Assembly (NCBI GenBank): GCA_022844165.1
Contig: JALHMH010000001.1
Span: forward strand, 96,001-160,000
Length of the DNA stretch: 64,000 nucleotides
Source: Lysobacterales bacterium
GTDB taxonomy: Bacteria > Pseudomonadota > Gammaproteobacteria > Xanthomonadales > SZUA-5
Direction: 5' to 3'
A program made the translations under genes and the position numbers. The notes under the pieces were generated by a model. The model had not been told where the DNA came from, searched no databases, and saw only the letters and a program-made list of their open reading frames with translations. This document shows positions 54,901 to 64,000 of this stretch, piece after piece. Each line of letters opens with the position of its first letter. Position 1 is the first letter of the stretch.

Positions 54901-56640
54901 ATGTCGACCCCGCTGCCGCAATTCTGGCCCGGATGGGCAAAACGACTTGCCGACTTGTACTACGCCGGGACGTCGGCAATGTTCTTGCTGCATGGGAATA
55001 CGCATGACCTGGTGCCGCTGGCAGGTACCGATTTGCCCCGTTATGGACCGCTCAATGAGTTCCTGGGCACACAGGTATTCGGGCGTTTCGACCTCGTGCT
55101 CAGCTACGATCTTGCACACGGAATACGTCCTCTGGGCGGTGGCGATATTGAACGCCAGCGGCAGATGGTCGGCGTGCTCTCGCGACGCATCGGCGATCCA
55201 GAAAAGCTCCCGCGCGACCCAACTCAAGCGCTGTTTTTGCTGGATCGTCTGGTACTCGATAACCTGACGGCCAAAGAGGCCGATCGTATCCGCGTCGCCA
55301 TCCTCTTCGACTTCGCTTCCTTCGTCGCGCCCGATGCCGACCGTGGTGGTACGCAGCTCGCTGCCAATCTGGTGACGTTGCTCAAGTGGGCGGCGAATCC
55401 CTATGTCAAACGTAGCAATCTGGCGTTTGTCCTGATTGATGAGCGGCTCGCGGATTTCCATGATCGGCTGTCGAGCAGCCCGCACGTCAACACCATCGAA
55501 ATCCCATTGCCGGACGAGAGTGAGCGACTGAGTTTTTTGCAGATGCTCACGCGCGATCAAGATGTTGCAAGTTTCAGCGACTTCTCGATCGAATCGCTGG
55601 CCAAACTGACAGCGGCAGTCACGCTTTCCGATCTTGCCGTTCTGATCGAAAGCTCGCGCCGTACCGGTCAGCGGCTCGACGACAAACGCTTCAAGGCTCG
55701 CAAGAAGCAACTGATCGAGCGCCAGGCGCAGGATCTGCTCGAGTTCATCGAACCCAAGTTCGGCCTGGAGCGTGTGGTCGGCCACGACGCTGCCAAAAAA
55801 CGTCTGATGGATGATGCCGAGATTATCCGCCGTGGGCGTCTGGACGTTGCCCCAATGGGTTATTTGTTCAACGGTCCGGTGGGTACCGGCAAAACCTTCC
55901 TGGCGACCTGTCTGGCCGGATCGATTGGCATGCCATGCGTGAAGCTCAAGAACTTCCGCAGCAAATATGTCGGCGAAACAGAGGCGAATCTGGAACGCGT
56001 GCTTGGCGTGCTGCGTGGCATGGGCCCGGTGATGGTCATCATCGACGAGGCCGATGCGATGCTCGGGCAACGCGAACAAGGCGGCGACTCGGGTGTCGGC
56101 AGCCGCGTTTTCGGCATGATCGCCAACGCTATGGGCGATACCGAATACCGAGGCAAAATCGTCTGGATGCTGCTGACTGCGCGCCCCGATCTTCTGCCGA
56201 TCGATATCAAACGCCAAGGCCGGGCGGAGATCCACATCCCGCTGTTTTATCCGCAATCGCAGGACGAGATTCGCGCGTATTTTGTGGTCATCGCCAAAAA
56301 ATTCGGCGCACCGCTGGAGCCCGGCGACGTGCCGGATGCACCCTATGTCGGCGACCTCTCCGGGGCCGACATCGAATCACTGGTGGGCCGCGCCTGGCGC
56401 GAAACCTTGATCGCGGGCGAAGACAAACTCACGCGCGAACGCCTGATCGCAACTTTCGACGGTTTCATGCCCTCGACGCAATCGCTGGAACGGGAGATGC
56501 AGGAAATCGCAGCGATCATCGAATGCACCGATCGCGCCTTTTTGGTGCCGAGCGCACTGAAGATGCTCCAGGCACATGGCGATCGCGAAGGATTGCAGAG
56601 ACGATTCAAAGAGATCATGCGATTGCTCGGTAAAGCCTGA
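54901..56640 (+). CDS. AAA+ ATPase (degenerate N-terminal module plus intact C-terminal module)
   Basis: GPVGTGKT, SKYVGETE, VIIDEAD, RQGR arginine finger, LSGADIE. Confidence 0.9.
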   Translation: MSTPLPQFWPGWAKRLADLYYAGTSAMFLLHGNTHDLVPLAGTDLPRYGPLNEFLGTQVFGRFDLVLSYDLAHGIRPLGGGDIERQRQMVGVLSRRIGDPEKLPRDPTQALFLLDRLVLDNLTAKEADRIRVAILFDFASFVAPDADRGGTQLAANLVTLLKWAANPYVKRSNLAFVLIDERLADFHDRLSSSPHVNTIEIPLPDESERLSFLQMLTRDQDVASFSDFSIESLAKLTAAVTLSDLAVLIESSRRTGQRLDDKRFKARKKQLIERQAQDLLEFIEPKFGLERVVGHDAAKKRLMDDAEIIRRGRLDVAPMGYLFNGPVGTGKTFLATCLAGSIGMPCVKLKNFRSKYVGETEANLERVLGVLRGMGPVMVIIDEADAMLGQREQGGDSGVGSRVFGMIANAMGDTEYRGKIVWMLLTARPDLLPIDIKRQGRAEIHIPLFYPQSQDEIRAYFVVIAKKFGAPLEPGDVPDAPYVGDLSGADIESLVGRAWRETLIAGEDKLTRERLIATFDGFMPSTQSLEREMQEIAAIIECTDRAFLVPSALKMLQAHGDREGLQRRFKEIMRLLGKA

Positions 56641-56774
56641 TCCAAAGCCAGCCTCAGGTACAGGCGTCATACGAGGAACGGCGCAAGATTGCGCCGTCGA
56701 GGCCGAACCGAGACTTTTGTCAGCCAGCGTCGATTTGTCCGGTCCATTTGTCAGCGCTGCAAAAGGATCGGCAG

Positions 56775-57482
56775 ATGTTGGCGTTGGTACTGATGAGTTC
56801 GATGCTCGCGACCAGTTGTGAGCTGAGCGCCCCAGCCATTGCGCCGGTGCGCATCGAGTTGTACACCAGCGAGGGCTGCTCATCCTGCCCACCCGCTGAG
56901 CGTTGGATGAATTCACTCCCAACGCGCGACGACATGTTGCCGATGGCGTTCCACGTCGACTATTGGAACTACCTCGGATGGCGTGACCGCTTCGCCGACG
57001 CGCGCTATTCGGCCAGGCAGCAGCGCATGGCAGAGCGCTTCGCGCGGCCCGTGGTCTACACGCCAGCCGTCGCGATCGACGGCGCCGAGTGGCGCTGGCG
57101 CTCGGCGTCGCCGCCCCTTGCGAACAGACCCAGCGTTGCGATGACAGCCAACATCAAAGTCAGTGCACATCGATTGCGCGTCCGCGCGTACGCCGACCGT
57201 GGGACTTTGCATGTGGCCGTCACGGAATCGAATTTGCATACGGAGGTGCGCGCTGGTGAAAACGCCGGTGCAACGCTACGACACGATCACGTCGTTCGTG
57301 CCTTTGGCGAAGAACGCCAGCGCGGCCCGGTTGATCTCAAACTACCGAACGATGTTCAACCGGCAAATGCGCGCGTATTGCTCTGGCTGGAAGACGATAA
57401 CGGAAGCACGCTGGCCGGCATCAGCGCCCCACTCGCAGATCTTGTCAATGGCGATTGCGCGCGGCAATCGGGCCGTTTGTAG
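56775..57482 (+). CDS. DUF1223 thioredoxin-like secreted protein
   Basis: ELYTSEGCSSCPPA, AFHVDYWNYLGWRD, VYTP, GENAG..LRHDHVVR. Confidence 0.88.
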   Translation: MLALVLMSSMLATSCELSAPAIAPVRIELYTSEGCSSCPPAERWMNSLPTRDDMLPMAFHVDYWNYLGWRDRFADARYSARQQRMAERFARPVVYTPAVAIDGAEWRWRSASPPLANRPSVAMTANIKVSAHRLRVRAYADRGTLHVAVTESNLHTEVRAGENAGATLRHDHVVRAFGEERQRGPVDLKLPNDVQPANARVLLWLEDDNGSTLAGISAPLADLVNGDCARQSGRL

Positions 57483-57533
57483 GCCGGCCACTTAAGTACC
57501 GATTCTGTTCCGCCGTTGCGCTTTGCGAGCGAC

Positions 57534-57773
57534 TCAGGCCGCGCGCCTGGGCTCGCGCAAATCATCAAACCGCCGATGCAGATCGTACGACGGTTCCGTG
57601 ACGATGCGCTCTAACGTTGCCACGCGTTCGCGCAGCAACTCAATCTCACGCTCCAATTGACGATCGGGCGCACGCGCGCTCTGCATACGCTCCTGATGCT
57701 TCAACCACCGCGAGCCCAAACCGGCCAATGTCGACACCACAACAATCACGGCCACCATTTCGAATACGCCCAC
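57534..57773 (-). CDS. Small PspB-like membrane/coiled-coil protein
   Basis: AGGAG RBS before GTG; TM then LRERVATLERIVTE. Confidence 0.7.
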   Translation of the reverse strand: MGVFEMVAVIVVVSTLAGLGSRWLKHQERMQSARAPDRQLEREIELLRERVATLERIVTEPSYDLHRRFDDLREPRRAA

Positions 57774-58299
57774 AGTTGTCTCCTGATACCAGACCAGCAA
57801 GATGTTATCTGGATCGGCTCCAAGCGTACACTGACGAATGTCATGGGCGAGAAAGTGCCAGCATTTCAGTCCTGACAGAGCAGGGCGAAGCGCCCGATTC
57901 GATGCTCAGTATGGGCAGCGCCTTAGAGATTCGAAGCTGCCCGGCAAAGCCTGGCAGGCGGTCAACGGTGATGCGCGCGCAGCGCGGCGGGTGCTGGCGT
58001 TTTTTAGACGTTGAGCGACGTTTAGCGATTCGCTGACAGCCCATCGGCACGATGCCAGCCAACAGCCAAAGCGCGAAGTTTTCTCCTATCGAAGATGGCC
58101 GCATCCTGCGAGGCCGGACTGTTCAATTGGGATCAGATCGCGGCTTCGCGCGATCTGTTCGTTGAGCGTCAACGCGGGTCAAGGAGCGAAAACTTTAAGC
58201 CGAGCGAAGCAGCTGCGGAGTGGTTTGGGATCGCGGGTAAGCACAGAATCCTGTTGACGTGGTCAACCGAGTACAACAGGCCACTTCGACCCGGCGCCT

Positions 58300-59456
58300 T
58301 CAACGGGTCACAGTTGGACCTTTCGCCTTGAGCGCTTTCATGACCGCCTTGAGCGCTTTCTTGACCGCCTTTTCGCCGCCCATGCTTTTGCCAGCATTGG
58401 CCACGATGAGTACACCGGACTCGGTTCGTGGGAAAAGGGCGGCAAAGGCGAACCAGGTCCCGTCTGACCCTGTATGCAGGAGCACAGGGCCAACGTGTCC
58501 CTGCATGGAATTCTGGAAAGCCCAGCCCAGGGCCATGCCGAACTTGCCTTGAGGTGTCTGTATCAGGCGATAGGTTTCCGTCTTCAGAAGCTTGCCTTGC
58601 CCATTCGCGCCTTTCATCTGGTCGAGGCAGAACGCTGCCCAGTCATCCATTGTCAGGTACGTATTGCCAGCTGGGGCGTAGAACAGCGGGTTGCCTTGCT
58701 GCCCGTCTGGGGGGGGGCAAATTGTGGATGGCCGTCCGACGAGGCCAGAACGGGTTTGCCGTCACGATGACCCAGTGGCTCGTCGCCACGCGTAATGCCG
58801 AACTGCGCACTTTCCATTCCGAGGGGATCAAAGACATAGCGGCGCACCAGGTCTTCGTAGCTGGACCCCGTGGCGCGCTCGGCGATTGCCGCAGCGATGA
58901 TGAAGCCGGAGTTGCTGTAGTGCGGACGTGCTCCCGGTCGGACGGCAGGCGGATCCTGCAAGGCACGCGCGATATAAGCCATGCGTTGCTCAGGTAGAGA
59001 GCGAGGATCGGTGTAGAGCGCCTCGAAGAGCTTCCAGTCGCTGCTGTCGTGTTCCAGCCCGCCGCGATGGGCCAGAAGCTGGAGTAAGGTCACGGACCGG
59101 TATTCGGGGCGCATCTGCGCCGTGAGATCAGGCAGCAACGTGGAGAGGGGTGCGTCCCATGACAAAGTCCGCTGTTCGACCAGCTTTGCGATCAAGGTTG
59201 CGGTGAAGACCTTTCCATTTGATCCGATATGCCAAACATCTCCTGTCCGGACAGGCTCCGCAGCATCCTGGCGCCGCAACCCTTGCACGGCCTTGCCCGC
59301 AGTCTCGCCATCCCGCATGACCAGAATCGCCATGGCTGGAACCTGAGTTCTCGCCCTCGCAGCGGCGAGGACGGCAGTAAGGTCCTCGGCGAAAACCGGG
59401 GGTGACAGGCCGAAAACACAGAGCAACACGGCAAATGCCCAACGATGCAAGGTCAC
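58300..59456 (-). pseudogene. Beta-lactamase-family serine hydrolase, frameshifted at a C9 tract
   Basis: Signal peptide, HIGSNGK (SxxK) and YSN in the first frame; GNPLFYAPAG..MDDW and HTGSDG in the second; switch at G9 58709-58717. Confidence 0.82.
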
Positions 59457-59547
59457 GTCAACCTCCTCTTGTTACGCCTTTTCCAAGATTGCGAGACGAA
59501 ACTTTCAGATTCGAGGGCGATTGCACAGAATCATGAGACGTCAGGCT

Positions 59548-60102
59548 TCAGTCCGGCAAAGGGAAGTTCAAACATGGTTCCGTTTCACCACCACGCCTCT
59601 TGAGCGACTCATCAAGCGCCGCCTTGATGCGTGCATCCTTTATGCCCAAAGCAGAAAGGCGTTCAAGTACAGCTTCAGTTGACCCGCACGCTCGAGACTC
59701 AAGTGCCATCAGTGCCAACGCAAGAGCCGCCCGATGAGCTTCTTCGCTGCCTGGGTTCGTCAATGACATAGAAGCCGACAGATTAGATGCAGCGAGCGCC
59801 CGGCGGGATGGATCACGCGGGAACGCAATTTCTATTGCCGCAACGAGCTGATACATCCTGAGGTCACCAGGACAACTGACGCTCAACTCAATGAACGGAT
59901 TCGTTGCGTCCGGTTCGCCACGAAGCGCCTCAGCAAGCGCCCCCGCAGTTTCATCCGATTTCAAATCACAGAAGTAGTCTGGATCCCAGGTCGCAGACTG
60001 AGTCTGGGACGCATCACTTGCAGCATTTGGCATTTTTCCCCACATCCAGGCGACTGCGCCGCCAAGCAAGAAGGTCATCAGGGGAAGTGTCCACCTGTTC
60101 AT
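59548..60102 (-). CDS. Hypothetical membrane-anchored/secreted protein
   Basis: GGAGGAG RBS; N-terminal hydrophobic segment; four Cys. Confidence 0.65.
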   Translation of the reverse strand: MNRWTLPLMTFLLGGAVAWMWGKMPNAASDASQTQSATWDPDYFCDLKSDETAGALAEALRGEPDATNPFIELSVSCPGDLRMYQLVAAIEIAFPRDPSRRALAASNLSASMSLTNPGSEEAHRAALALALMALESRACGSTEAVLERLSALGIKDARIKAALDESLKRRGGETEPCLNFPLPD

Positions 60103-60226
60103 CGGCCCCGAATCTCCTCCGTCCTCGATACTGAAACCTGACGCTCAGTAGATACAAGGTGTCTCAAGAAGCACACCTGGACCTTTGACCAGACGAAAGA
60201 CGATGGGTCGCAAGATGTTGACTGAA

Positions 60227-60302
60227 TGGTGCCGACGAAGAGAATCGAACTCCCAACCGCCTGATTACAAATCAGGTGCTCTACCAATTGAGCTACGTCG
60301 GC
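60227..60302 (-). tRNA. tRNA-Thr(TGT)
   Basis: GCCGACG/CGTCGGC acceptor stem, CCTGA-TT-TGT-AA-TCAGG anticodon arm, GTTCGATT, CCA. Confidence 0.97.
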
Positions 60303-60329
60303 GCTGCGAGGGCGGAGTCTAGCAAGTTG

Positions 60330-60806
60330 TCACTGGCCTTCCCAAGTGTGCGAGACGCGCTGTTCGTCGATGAGTGTGCGCATCTTAAGCTTGCCGCCTT
60401 CGATCCATTGCCACACCCGGGAGCGGAAGTTGCCGCAGTCGGAGATCTGGATCATCTCGTACAAGTAGGTGCCTTCCTGGCCTTTGCGCACCCAATACAG
60501 CATTACGGTGCGGTTAAAGCCATCCAGACCAACTTCGGCGGCCCATCCGGTGATCAGTTCGTTATCCCACCAGATGCGACCATTTTTGTAGGTCGCGGGG
60601 AAGTCGCGCGACTCGCTGCGACCGTCGGCCCACAGGTAGTGATTCGACTGGTGATAGGGGAACTCGCCGCCGTCTGGAAAGCGGCACACGAGGCGCGAAC
60701 GGTGTTCGTCGATTTTGTTGCCGTCGACGTCGTAGTAGCGATAGAAGCCTTCCCAGACGCCTTCATGGCGTGCGAGCAGCGGCATTGCAGTTCTGATGTC
60801 CGACAC
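60330..60806 (-). CDS. DUF3598-like beta-barrel protein
   Basis: HEGVWEG.Y..YD.DG, YHQ.NHY.W.DG, YEMIQ, RSRVWQW; GGAGG RBS before GTG. Confidence 0.75.
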   Translation of the reverse strand: MSDIRTAMPLLARHEGVWEGFYRYYDVDGNKIDEHRSRLVCRFPDGGEFPYHQSNHYLWADGRSESRDFPATYKNGRIWWDNELITGWAAEVGLDGFNRTVMLYWVRKGQEGTYLYEMIQISDCGNFRSRVWQWIEGGKLKMRTLIDEQRVSHTWEGQ

Positions 60807-60826
60807 GTAGACCTCCCAGGTTGGAT

Positions 60827-61174
60827 TTAGATCTTGCTCAGCTCTTCCGGCGTTGCCGCAAGACCAGGCGCTTCTTCGAGCGCCTCAAGCTCCTGTTGCA
60901 GCACGCGCAAACAGCGGCCAATGAGTTCTTTGTGCATGCTCGAGCGCGCGCTTGCTTCGGCGCTGTTGGGCGCAAATTCTTCGATCTCGCTGCGTGACAA
61001 GACGCCCCTGTTTTCCAGAAGGCGCTCCAGGGTATCGAGCCGCTCGCGGGTCACGGCCAGTTCCTGTAACAGCGCCAACGCGACATTGAAAACTCGCTCG
61101 GCTTCGCGATCGGTGAAAAACCACGGTCGTTTGCCTTTGGCCTTGGCGTTGGCCAGTGTGACAGGATCGCTCAT
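60827..61174 (-). CDS. Conserved hypothetical coiled-coil protein
   Basis: AKGKRPWFF...LAL.QELAVTRERLDTLERLL; ATGA overlap with the methyltransferase. Confidence 0.75.
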   Translation of the reverse strand: MSDPVTLANAKAKGKRPWFFTDREAERVFNVALALLQELAVTRERLDTLERLLENRGVLSRSEIEEFAPNSAEASARSSMHKELIGRCLRVLQQELEALEEAPGLAATPEELSKI

Positions 61175-62373
61175 GCGCGCGCACCGAACACGTACCACGC
61201 CGCGGCGCGACCGTAGTCCTCCTGGCGCTTCGCCAGTGCTGCTGCCTGCGGGAACACGGCGGCATCGACCACCGCACGCACGCCGGTTTCGAAGGTGTGT
61301 TCGCGTTGGAATCCGGCGTCGACAGCCAGCTGCGTCAGGTCCATGTCGTGCATCGTGGTCCAGAAAGGTTCGTTGTTGTTGTAGGCATCCCAGTCGCGAA
61401 CGAACTGCTCGTAGACATCCATATTCTGGTACTGAGGCTGCTCGACGTGCAGCGAAATACCGCCCGCTGCGAGCAATCGTCGGGTTTCGGCAAATACGCG
61501 TCGGATGGCGGTGTACGACGTCTCGTGCAAGAACATGCAAGTCGTGATCAGGTCGAAGCTGGCGTCTGGCTCCGGCACCGCCTCGGCGTCCGCTTGCACA
61601 AATCGCACGTTCCTGACGCCCAGCGAGCGCGCTCGCGCATGGCCGTAACGCAACATCGGTGCAGCAGCGTCCAGCGCCACGACCTGCGCTTCAGGAAACG
61701 CCTGTGCGAGTGGCAGGGTGTTGTGGCCAAGGCCGCAGCCCAGATCCAGAATGCGTTTGGGTTTGAAATCCGGATGCTCGCGCTTCAACCACTCCGCAAC
61801 CGCCGTGCCACCACCGTCGCTGTAGCGGCCAAGCGCGCCGCCGGTGGTGGCGAAGATGCCGACATCGTAATTCGCCGGTGCGGACACGTCGTCTGCCGCC
61901 AGTTCTCCGACGTAACCGCCCGGCATGCAGTGGTGATCGACGCCGGTCAGGTAGCGCGGCGGTTTGAAGCCGGGCGTCAGTTCCAGGCCTGGCTCCGCGG
62001 CAGCGGACCGGGCGATATCGTTGAGCCGATCGAGTTGCCGCAGCACCACTGAGCGGCCCGCCTGTTGGCGCTGCTCCATGGTGGCGCGGCGCATCGCGCT
62101 CCAAGTCTGATAGGCCGGCTCCTCGCTCATGAGTTCGCGCACTTCGCTGCGGTGTTCCGGCGCCCGCCCATGTTGTGCCTGAAAGCGCGGCAGTGCCCTT
62201 TTGTCGTACGCGCGTTTGACGCGTGGCAAAAACTCCGCACTCAGATACTGATTCATATTCGCCAGGAAGTTAAAGCGGGCAGCCTCATCGTGCCGGGTCT
62301 GCGGCATGACGGCATGTTTACCCACCGCCTGGTATGGCGGCGGACCCTGTGGGGCTGGGGCGGATGTATGCAC
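61171..62373 (-). CDS. Class I SAM-dependent methyltransferase
   Basis: ILDLGCGLG, DAE, FDLI...MFLHE, HCMPGGY, NNEPFW; start uncertain. Confidence 0.88.
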   Translation of the reverse strand: MHTSAPAPQGPPPYQAVGKHAVMPQTRHDEAARFNFLANMNQYLSAEFLPRVKRAYDKRALPRFQAQHGRAPEHRSEVRELMSEEPAYQTWSAMRRATMEQRQQAGRSVVLRQLDRLNDIARSAAAEPGLELTPGFKPPRYLTGVDHHCMPGGYVGELAADDVSAPANYDVGIFATTGGALGRYSDGGGTAVAEWLKREHPDFKPKRILDLGCGLGHNTLPLAQAFPEAQVVALDAAAPMLRYGHARARSLGVRNVRFVQADAEAVPEPDASFDLITTCMFLHETSYTAIRRVFAETRRLLAAGGISLHVEQPQYQNMDVYEQFVRDWDAYNNNEPFWTTMHDMDLTQLAVDAGFQREHTFETGVRAVVDAAVFPQAAALAKRQEDYGRAAAWYVFGARA

Positions 62374-62455
62374 GGCAGGCTCCAATGCGAAATTTGTCCG
62401 GACAAATAATAGGCCATGGACTGCGATGTGGCGAGTTTCCGTCTGCTCGGAAAGC

Positions 62456-63364
62456 TCAGGCGTCGATCCGTGTGTCTTCCGGGCGAACCAGGAATGCACG
62501 CGAGCCCGGCCAATAAAACCACTGCTCCGGCTGCTCACGGAGTGCGCTCAGGAACTGCGCATTCAAGTGATCGGTCAACTGTCGCAAATCGAGGCCACCG
62601 GGAAGCGTAACCAGATCGAGCCGACGCCGACCAGTGTTCCAGTCGATGGCCACGGTAAAGCCAGCCACAGGCGCATCGAGACTCTGCGCGAGTTTCAGAA
62701 TGCCAGACCGCCAATAGGCGACCCGCTCGCCAGGAAATCGAATCTCGACCAGGCCACGGCCGGCGCGCGGCGGCGAATCCGCGGCGACGATGATCGTACG
62801 GCCGGCGGCGATTGCATTGAGAATTTGAGCGCGCGCCCCGCCGGTAGCGATGCCGGTATTGCCAGTCACTTTCGCCACCGCGTAGAGCCGCAGGAGCAGG
62901 TACCAATACCGGGCAAAGCCGCAGCCGATGGGGCGCTTCTCCAGCCATTGGTGCACAAACTGCGGGCTCAGGCCCTGGGTGCGCGCGTAGGCCAGGGCGG
63001 GCAAACCCTGGTTGAAGTAAAAGAAGAACCACAAACCGCCGCGGGTGTCATCGATTGGCGCCGCTTCGATGGTTTCGGCCAACGCCCGCCAGCCGCGACC
63101 GCAGGCACGGAACGTGTCGCCGGCCTCCATCAGGAACGCGAACCGGAAGTTGCGCCAGAATCGATAGTCGAACTCGAAGCCCAGGTGGTCACTGTTACGC
63201 GTGCTGGCGACTTCCTCGCGCGCGACCCAACGGCTCGTCGACCACCATCGAAACCAGCGCAGGCACCAAGGCCAGGGCAGAGCGATCGCGACGCCAGGGA
63301 GCAGCCACAGTGAAAACAGGTCGCGTGTTTCGCGCTTAGCGACGCGCCAAAGGCGAGACAACAT
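62456..63364 (-). CDS. Lysophospholipid/lipid A acyltransferase-like protein
   Basis: GRTIIVAAD, VEIRFPG, GILKLA..LDAPV, LREQPEQWFYW C-terminal signature; canonical HxxxxD/E not evident. Confidence 0.65.
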   Translation of the reverse strand: MLSRLWRVAKRETRDLFSLWLLPGVAIALPWPWCLRWFRWWSTSRWVAREEVASTRNSDHLGFEFDYRFWRNFRFAFLMEAGDTFRACGRGWRALAETIEAAPIDDTRGGLWFFFYFNQGLPALAYARTQGLSPQFVHQWLEKRPIGCGFARYWYLLLRLYAVAKVTGNTGIATGGARAQILNAIAAGRTIIVAADSPPRAGRGLVEIRFPGERVAYWRSGILKLAQSLDAPVAGFTVAIDWNTGRRRLDLVTLPGGLDLRQLTDHLNAQFLSALREQPEQWFYWPGSRAFLVRPEDTRIDA

Positions 63365-63508
63365 GGAGACTCGATTCGGTCCAGGACGTTCCCATAGTAG
63401 CGACCAGCATCGATAAGTTCCAAGTTTGCCTAAGGCGTATGGACAGCCAATCGGTAAAAGGTTGTTGTAGTCTTCGCCTCTGGGTATCGCCAAACACGGG
63501 AATTCGCC

Positions 63509-64000
63509 ATGCGCGTAGTGATCGATCTGTCGGAAAACGACTTGGACCATTTTCGTTCGGCCATGCGCCGAGCGAAAGAGCTGACCAACCACCTGACCCC
63601 CGCGCAGATCACTGGCGCCGCAGAAAAATTGCTTGTGGATTCGCAGGGATTGCAGATGCCGGATTTTGTATCGTCGCGAATGGCCCGTCTGGGTACGCTG
63701 ATCGCGATGGTACACGACACGGCATGGGGCATTACGGATGCCGAACGTGGCGAGATTTTGTCGGCCCTCACGTACTTTTCCGATCCCAATGACGCGATTC
63801 CGGACACCATTCCAGTACTCGGCTTTCTCGATGACGCCATCATGATCGAGCTGGTGGTCGAAGAACTGAAACACGAGATCGATGCCTACGACGATTTCTG
63901 TGCGTTCCGCTCGCAGGCAGCCACCGAACATGGCGCCGAAGAAGCGAGCGGTCTGGTCCGAAGCGACTGGCTTGAGCAGCGTCAGAACGAGTTGCTGGAT
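63509..64000 (+). CDS. YkvA/DUF1232 family protein, runs off window edge (not in ORF track)
   Basis: ALTYFSDPNDAIPDTIPVLGFLDDAIMI motif read from the sequence. Confidence 0.85.
   Translation, partial: MRVVIDLSENDLDHFRSAMRRAKELTNHLTPAQITGAAEKLLVDSQGLQMPDFVSSRMARLGTLIAMVHDTAWGITDAERGEILSALTYFSDPNDAIPDTIPVLGFLDDAIMIELVVEELKHEIDAYDDFCAFRSQAATEHGAEEASGLVRSDWLEQRQNELLD

Noticed and set aside
57841-60226. Prophage or integrative element at tRNA-Thr
   Set aside because: No integrase, phage genes or duplicated tRNA 3' end found by eye

Overview
GC-rich (roughly 60-65% by eye) gammaproteobacterial chromosomal window. Gene content and order (ispB, tRNA-Ser, orn, fimW-like, ispG, rlmM, H-NS, kynA, ctpA, selO, trmB, thiG, tRNA-Thr) suggest a Xanthomonadales/Lysobacterales-type organism. 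Housekeeping genes are interleaved with several accessory patches. (i) 13.8-21.8 kb: a truncated FAD oxidoreductase, a degenerate 21-bp tandem array with a structured leader and an uncharacterised helical protein, a DUF4365-like nuclease-fold protein, a frameshifted ankyrin gene, a Uma2 remnant and two toxin-antitoxin-like pairs. (ii) 25.5-35.2 kb: a TonB-dependent receptor, a Ser/Thr kinase-AAA-GAF-GGDEF protein and a lipoxygenase. (iii) An orphan Pycsar-type membrane effector coupled to an atypical alpha/beta hydrolase. (iv) 46.4-51.2 kb: a co-oriented module of a wHTH-STAND NTPase-TM-TPR receptor, an unannotated translationally coupled 38-aa CxxCH peptide, a DP-EP-like protein and a stand-alone protein resembling domain 4 of cholesterol-dependent cytolysins. 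This is the best candidate for an undescribed system. (v) A serine hydrolase split at a C9 tract next to tRNA-Thr. A ~162-bp multi-hairpin MITE-like element with imperfect terminal inverted repeats occurs as two full-length copies and several partial or degenerate ones. No CRISPR array, integrase or transposase was seen. All family calls come from motif recognition by eye, not database searches.
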